IMG/VR virus record: IMGVR_UViG_3300037483_000185
Span: 1 to 36,900 of that record
Length of the DNA stretch: 36,900 bases
Strand: one strand, 5' to 3'
Origin: a virus
Lineage: Duplodnaviria; Caudoviricetes
Positions 33,502-36,900 of the stretch are shown piece by piece. Under the pieces are notes generated by a model. The model did no database searches. It saw only the letters and a list, made by a program, of their open reading frames with translations, and was not told the DNA's origin. The translations under genes and the position numbers were made by a program. Position 1 is the stretch's first letter; the number at the start of each line of letters is the position of its first letter.

Positions 33502-34409
33502 GTACCAACCTCCATTGATTCTGGATTATGCTTCCGGCAATACATTCTTCCACCCTGCCCGATAATGCCGATGTTGACGCACCCTTCCTCGACGCATAGG
33601 TTCTTGGATTTGGGAGGCGGTTGTTCGGATGGTGGCTGCGATGGGCCATCCTTTGCGGCCCAAGAAAGAATTGTGTGGTAATGAGATTTATATTTATAAC
33701 CTTTTGACCCGATGCCATTATTTAACCGATCGATCATTGCTACCGTTCCTGCTTCCCCAAATCGTTCTATTAACTTCGCATGTTCTTTCTCCGTGAGCAT
33801 TACGAAGTCGAGAAATTTCTGTTTTGAGGGGGGAGGTGCATCTGGGTTGTCCGCGGGCTGTTGTAGATTTAGATCTTTTTCCCTTACCTTAACTTCCCTT
33901 AACTTCCTTTCTGGCGTGAGTGACCATGTACATATCTTGTACTGTACATGTACTGTCTTTGTGCATTTACGAGTACAATTTGGGCGGGTTACGGTATGAT
34001 TTTCCCATTTCCCACCCTTGTCTCTTTTGTGGTAAGTATATGATTGTCCGGGGAAAAGTGGATATGACGGGGCTGTTGGGTGCGGAATAGGTTGGTGCTT
34101 CTGGAACTGACGTACATGATAATAAATTCTATCGCCGTCATCTTTATCGCCGCAGTAGGGTATAACGAATCCGCGCTTTCTGTTGCCTTTCGTGAGTTCC
34201 AGTAGCCAATTCTGCACAATTTCGACCGTGACGTCACCGTCCCCCGGGAAGGTTTCCATCTTCACCTTGAGTTCATCCCCGTCAAAATTCCCGGCGTCGT
34301 CAGCGGACATAAGAAGGTACGAAAAGAACAGTCGAATGTCTCGGCTTAGTTTCAAAAGTTCAGGATCCTTCCGGATCTCCGGGGAGAGCATCCGGCGTTT
34401 TTCAGGCAC
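33498..34409 (-). CDS. phage replication initiator protein
   Basis: N-terminal RRMLSPEI..D....LS...RLFF..L...ADDAG, central iteron-coding stretch, C-terminal YKSHYHTILSW. Confidence 0.7.
   Translation of the reverse strand: MPEKRRMLSPEIRKDPELLKLSRDIRLFFSYLLMSADDAGNFDGDELKVKMETFPGDGDVTVEIVQNWLLELTKGNRKRGFVIPYCGDKDDGDRIYYHVRQFQKHQPIPHPTAPSYPLFPGQSYTYHKRDKGGKWENHTVTRPNCTRKCTKTVHVQYKICTWSLTPERKLREVKVREKDLNLQQPADNPDAPPPSKQKFLDFVMLTEKEHAKLIERFGEAGTVAMIDRLNNGIGSKGYKYKSHYHTILSWAAKDGPSQPPSEQPPPKSKNLCVEEGCVNIGIIGQGGRMYCRKHNPESMEVGT
33881..33980. repeat. iteron-like repeats within initiator gene (candidate origin)
   Basis: CCTTAACTTCC x2 and clustered TGTAC/GTACA repeats. Confidence 0.45.
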
Positions 34410-34989
34410 CGGTTTTCGCCTCTTTTAACGCTGGTAGCAAATTAATTTCCTTTATGTTGGCCTTTAATATATTTTTATTAAAATAAGCATCTAAATCCTT
34501 AAAGTCTTCATTTGTCATATACCAATCAGATCTCATTTCTGAAAATGTAATCCCCTTTTCTAGCATCAAATTGAATGTCGTTATAGACAATATGTCGTTG
34601 TCTATTAAATAACTGACGAGAAAAACAAAATCTCCGCCACGCTCTACGTCGGAACCGATAAGTTCACAAGATACATTTACAATATCAAACCGGCTACCTA
34701 AGTGTGCCGCAATATATCGATCTATTCCTCTTTTATATCTTAATATTTGACCAACCTCAGAATAACCAATCTTACCCTTTTTTAATTCAATTATCTCGAT
34801 GTCTAATATATTTACGGGATTACTGTTAGAATTAGGTGTATATTTATATGCTTTGAATCTGATTAAATCCACAACACCGTAAGTCGATATTGAGAATTGG
34901 CGAAATGTTGTAAATCCATGACCGTCGGCTTTGAATGTTTCGAACAAATAATCTTCCAGTTCTTTCTCGTCTTTCAATTCGGGCATCAC
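34402..34989 (-). CDS. AT-rich PD-(D/E)XK nuclease-like protein (NucS/EndoMS C-terminal-like)
   Basis: EKELEDYL...RQF..YGVVDLI...IIELKKG...VGQILRY. Confidence 0.65.
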   Translation of the reverse strand: MMPELKDEKELEDYLFETFKADGHGFTTFRQFSISTYGVVDLIRFKAYKYTPNSNSNPVNILDIEIIELKKGKIGYSEVGQILRYKRGIDRYIAAHLGSRFDIVNVSCELIGSDVERGGDFVFLVSYLIDNDILSITTFNLMLEKGITFSEMRSDWYMTNEDFKDLDAYFNKNILKANIKEINLLPALKEAKTGA

Positions 34990-35216
34990 GACCCCTCTCG
35001 CATCGATACTTCATTCGCCGCATCGCGGCTCAACTCAGCAAGATACGCCCGCCCCCGCAACCCTTCCGTCGCCTCAACCCATGGTATCTTCCGCACGGTG
35101 GAGCACCGGCACCGATAGAGGATCTCCGTCGGGCCATCTCGGAGGGTGGCGTTCAACCCAGTGACCCAGGGGTCCGGCGGCCGGTTGATCCCGCACTTCT
35201 CGCACTTGTCGTCCAT
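34986..35216 (-). CDS. small Cys-containing hypothetical
   Basis: MDDKCEKCG, SD GAGGAG. Confidence 0.45.
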   Translation of the reverse strand: MDDKCEKCGINRPPDPWVTGLNATLRDGPTEILYRCRCSTVRKIPWVEATEGLRGRAYLAELSRDAANEVSMREGS

Positions 35217-35296
35217 CTTGATCTCCTCGTACTGAGTACCGTGGTCCCCACACCCCATCCGCCAACACCCAGGAATGAGCCGCCAGAAAGAGACGG

Positions 35297-36358
35297 TCAT
35301 CCCATCAGCCCCGCCATCGCCGGGGTAGTTGTCATTCGTTTCCGTGCCAGTTCGTGATACGTCAGGTCGATATGGACGGGCTTGCGGCCCAGCTCGAGCG
35401 CGACCTTGCTTGTCGTGCCGCTCCCGCCGAAGGGGTCAAGGATTACATCTCCGGGCCTGCTCCCTGCGAGGATGCATAGGCGCGGGATTTCCTCAGGGAA
35501 GGTGGCAAAATGGCTCCCGGCGAACGGCTGCGTCGCGATGGACCAAACGGTGCGCTTATTCCTTCCGGTTACGGGGTTTTCTCTATATCGGGCATTGAAC
35601 CCAGTATAAGTGGGGTTCCCGGTGCCATCCTGCTTGAGCGTCCTGATCGTCCCGCCTCCTCGGTCGTGTCCATTCCCTCTCGCGTCGACCTGCCCGGGGG
35701 CATAGGGTTTACGTGGATCTTCGGTGATAGAGTCTTCCTTGATCGCCTCCGCGTTATAGAAATACTTGGCCGATTTTGTAAGCAGGAAAACATATTCATG
35801 AGATTTCGTAGGTCGATCCGTAACCGATTCCGGCATCGGATTTAATTTGGCCCAAATTATGTCGGAACGGAGATACCAGCCGTCCGCTTGCAGGGCGAAG
35901 GCGACACGCCACGGGATGCCGACGAGATCCTTGTGCTTGAGGCCGATCCTGCTTGCGAACCGGGACGGGTTGTATCCATCCTTTCGGCCTCGTTTCGCGG
36001 AGTCATCCCCATATCCCCCGACGCCCCCCGCAAGCGTTTCAGCCGGGGGCGTAGTGCCGCCGCGTTGCGCCGCATACGAATCCCCCAAATTCAGCCACAG
36101 CACGCCGTCGTCCTTCAGCACCCGCCGAACTTCGCGGAACACGGCGACCATGTTGGCGACGTACTCCTCGGGCGTTTTCTCAAGGCCAAGTTGGGCGGCA
36201 TTCCCATAATCCCGCAGGCCCCAGAAGGGCGGCGAAGTACAGGCCATCTGCACGGATTCGTCGCGCAGTGGTATAGCGAGGGCGTTGGCTTTTAGGATCA
36301 AAACGTCACCACGAAATTCAGTACGGCCGCCGCGCTCCAATAGCAGACCATCCGCCAC
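35297..36358 (-). CDS. DNA amino-methyltransferase (beta class, SPPF motif, probably N4-cytosine)
   Basis: TSPPFWGLRDY, LWLNLGDSY, NPMPESVTDRPT, HFATFP, LDPFGGSGTT. Confidence 0.9.
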   Translation of the reverse strand: MADGLLLERGGRTEFRGDVLILKANALAIPLRDESVQMACTSPPFWGLRDYGNAAQLGLEKTPEEYVANMVAVFREVRRVLKDDGVLWLNLGDSYAAQRGGTTPPAETLAGGVGGYGDDSAKRGRKDGYNPSRFASRIGLKHKDLVGIPWRVAFALQADGWYLRSDIIWAKLNPMPESVTDRPTKSHEYVFLLTKSAKYFYNAEAIKEDSITEDPRKPYAPGQVDARGNGHDRGGGTIRTLKQDGTGNPTYTGFNARYRENPVTGRNKRTVWSIATQPFAGSHFATFPEEIPRLCILAGSRPGDVILDPFGGSGTTSKVALELGRKPVHIDLTYHELARKRMTTTPAMAGLMG

Positions 36359-36434
36359 TCACCCGCACCCTTCATCGCGTACATGATGGCCGCGCAAATG
36401 TTCATGGCTATCAGGATCGCGGGGAACAGTTTGG

Positions 36435-36881
36435 TCACGCGGCCACCTTTCGCTTCTTAGATACCAAACTCTTTAACCGACACGGCAAACATTGTTTCGC
36501 GTTGATCGTGATGGGTTCCCCGCAACCCGGGCAGAATTTGGCCTTTGCCTTCAATCTCTTTGCCAGGTTTATCCGCTCGCATTCCTTGCATGACCACCCC
36601 CCCGCGTCCCGGCCTGTGAGTCGCTTGCGCCCATAGATGGCCCGTTGGTGCCCCCTGCCGCAGGCGTCCTTAGCCTTCGGGCCGCGAGGTTTGGCGGCGG
36701 GTGCAACATACGGGTCGGGAAGCACGTCGGGTTCCGGGCTGAACGCGCATATCGCGTTGTATTTTGCGTACTCGCAGAAGTCGCATACGATCCGCTCCAT
36801 TGGGTACTTGCGCCTGATATTGCGAAGACGCTTCAACTCGAAGCATTGGTCCGGCAGACTGGACAAAGGGCAATCAGCCAT
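36435..36881 (-). CDS. Cys-rich hypothetical Zn-finger protein
   Basis: CDFC, CGRGH...CKEC, CPGCG...CLPC. Confidence 0.55.
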   Translation of the reverse strand: MADCPLSSLPDQCFELKRLRNIRRKYPMERIVCDFCEYAKYNAICAFSPEPDVLPDPYVAPAAKPRGPKAKDACGRGHQRAIYGRKRLTGRDAGGWSCKECERINLAKRLKAKAKFCPGCGEPITINAKQCLPCRLKSLVSKKRKVAA

Positions 36882-36900
36882 TTCCGTCGGCGTCCACCTT

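Noticed and set aside
1-36900. tRNA genes, integrase, or stop-codon reassignment
   Set aside because: No cloverleaf or T-loop signature noticed, no recombinase ORF, and genes are intact under the standard code

Overview
36.9 kb of a tailed dsDNA phage (HK97-fold, siphovirus-like gene order). Left part (minus strand, ~1-21700): head/packaging module (head closure, head-tail connector, several capsid-associated proteins, major capsid, ClpP-type protease, portal, TerL, DNA methyltransferase, TerS, gp74-like HNH) preceded by small accessory genes. This module carries four kinds of endonuclease insertion: a group I intron (LAGLIDADG ORF) splitting the major capsid gene, an Ala-start class 3 intein in TerL, a free-standing endonuclease between terL and portal, and an HNH gene nested out-of-frame inside an unbroken methyltransferase ORF with its own embedded promoter. 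A candidate pseudoknotted ncRNA and a TGTCAA repeat array sit just upstream of terS. Middle (plus strand, ~22600-27630): an operon of about 21 tiny genes saturated with a strand-polarised GGGAAT motif (47 copies by manual count in 5.1 kb, often in 15-17 nt tandem phase between stop codon and Shine-Dalgarno). This is the strongest unexplained signal. Right part (minus strand, ~27700-36900): replication/nin-type region (replication initiator, RNA ligase-like, NinG-like, second methyltransferase, AT-rich PD-(D/E)XK nuclease). All assignments come from motif recognition by eye, with no database searches.
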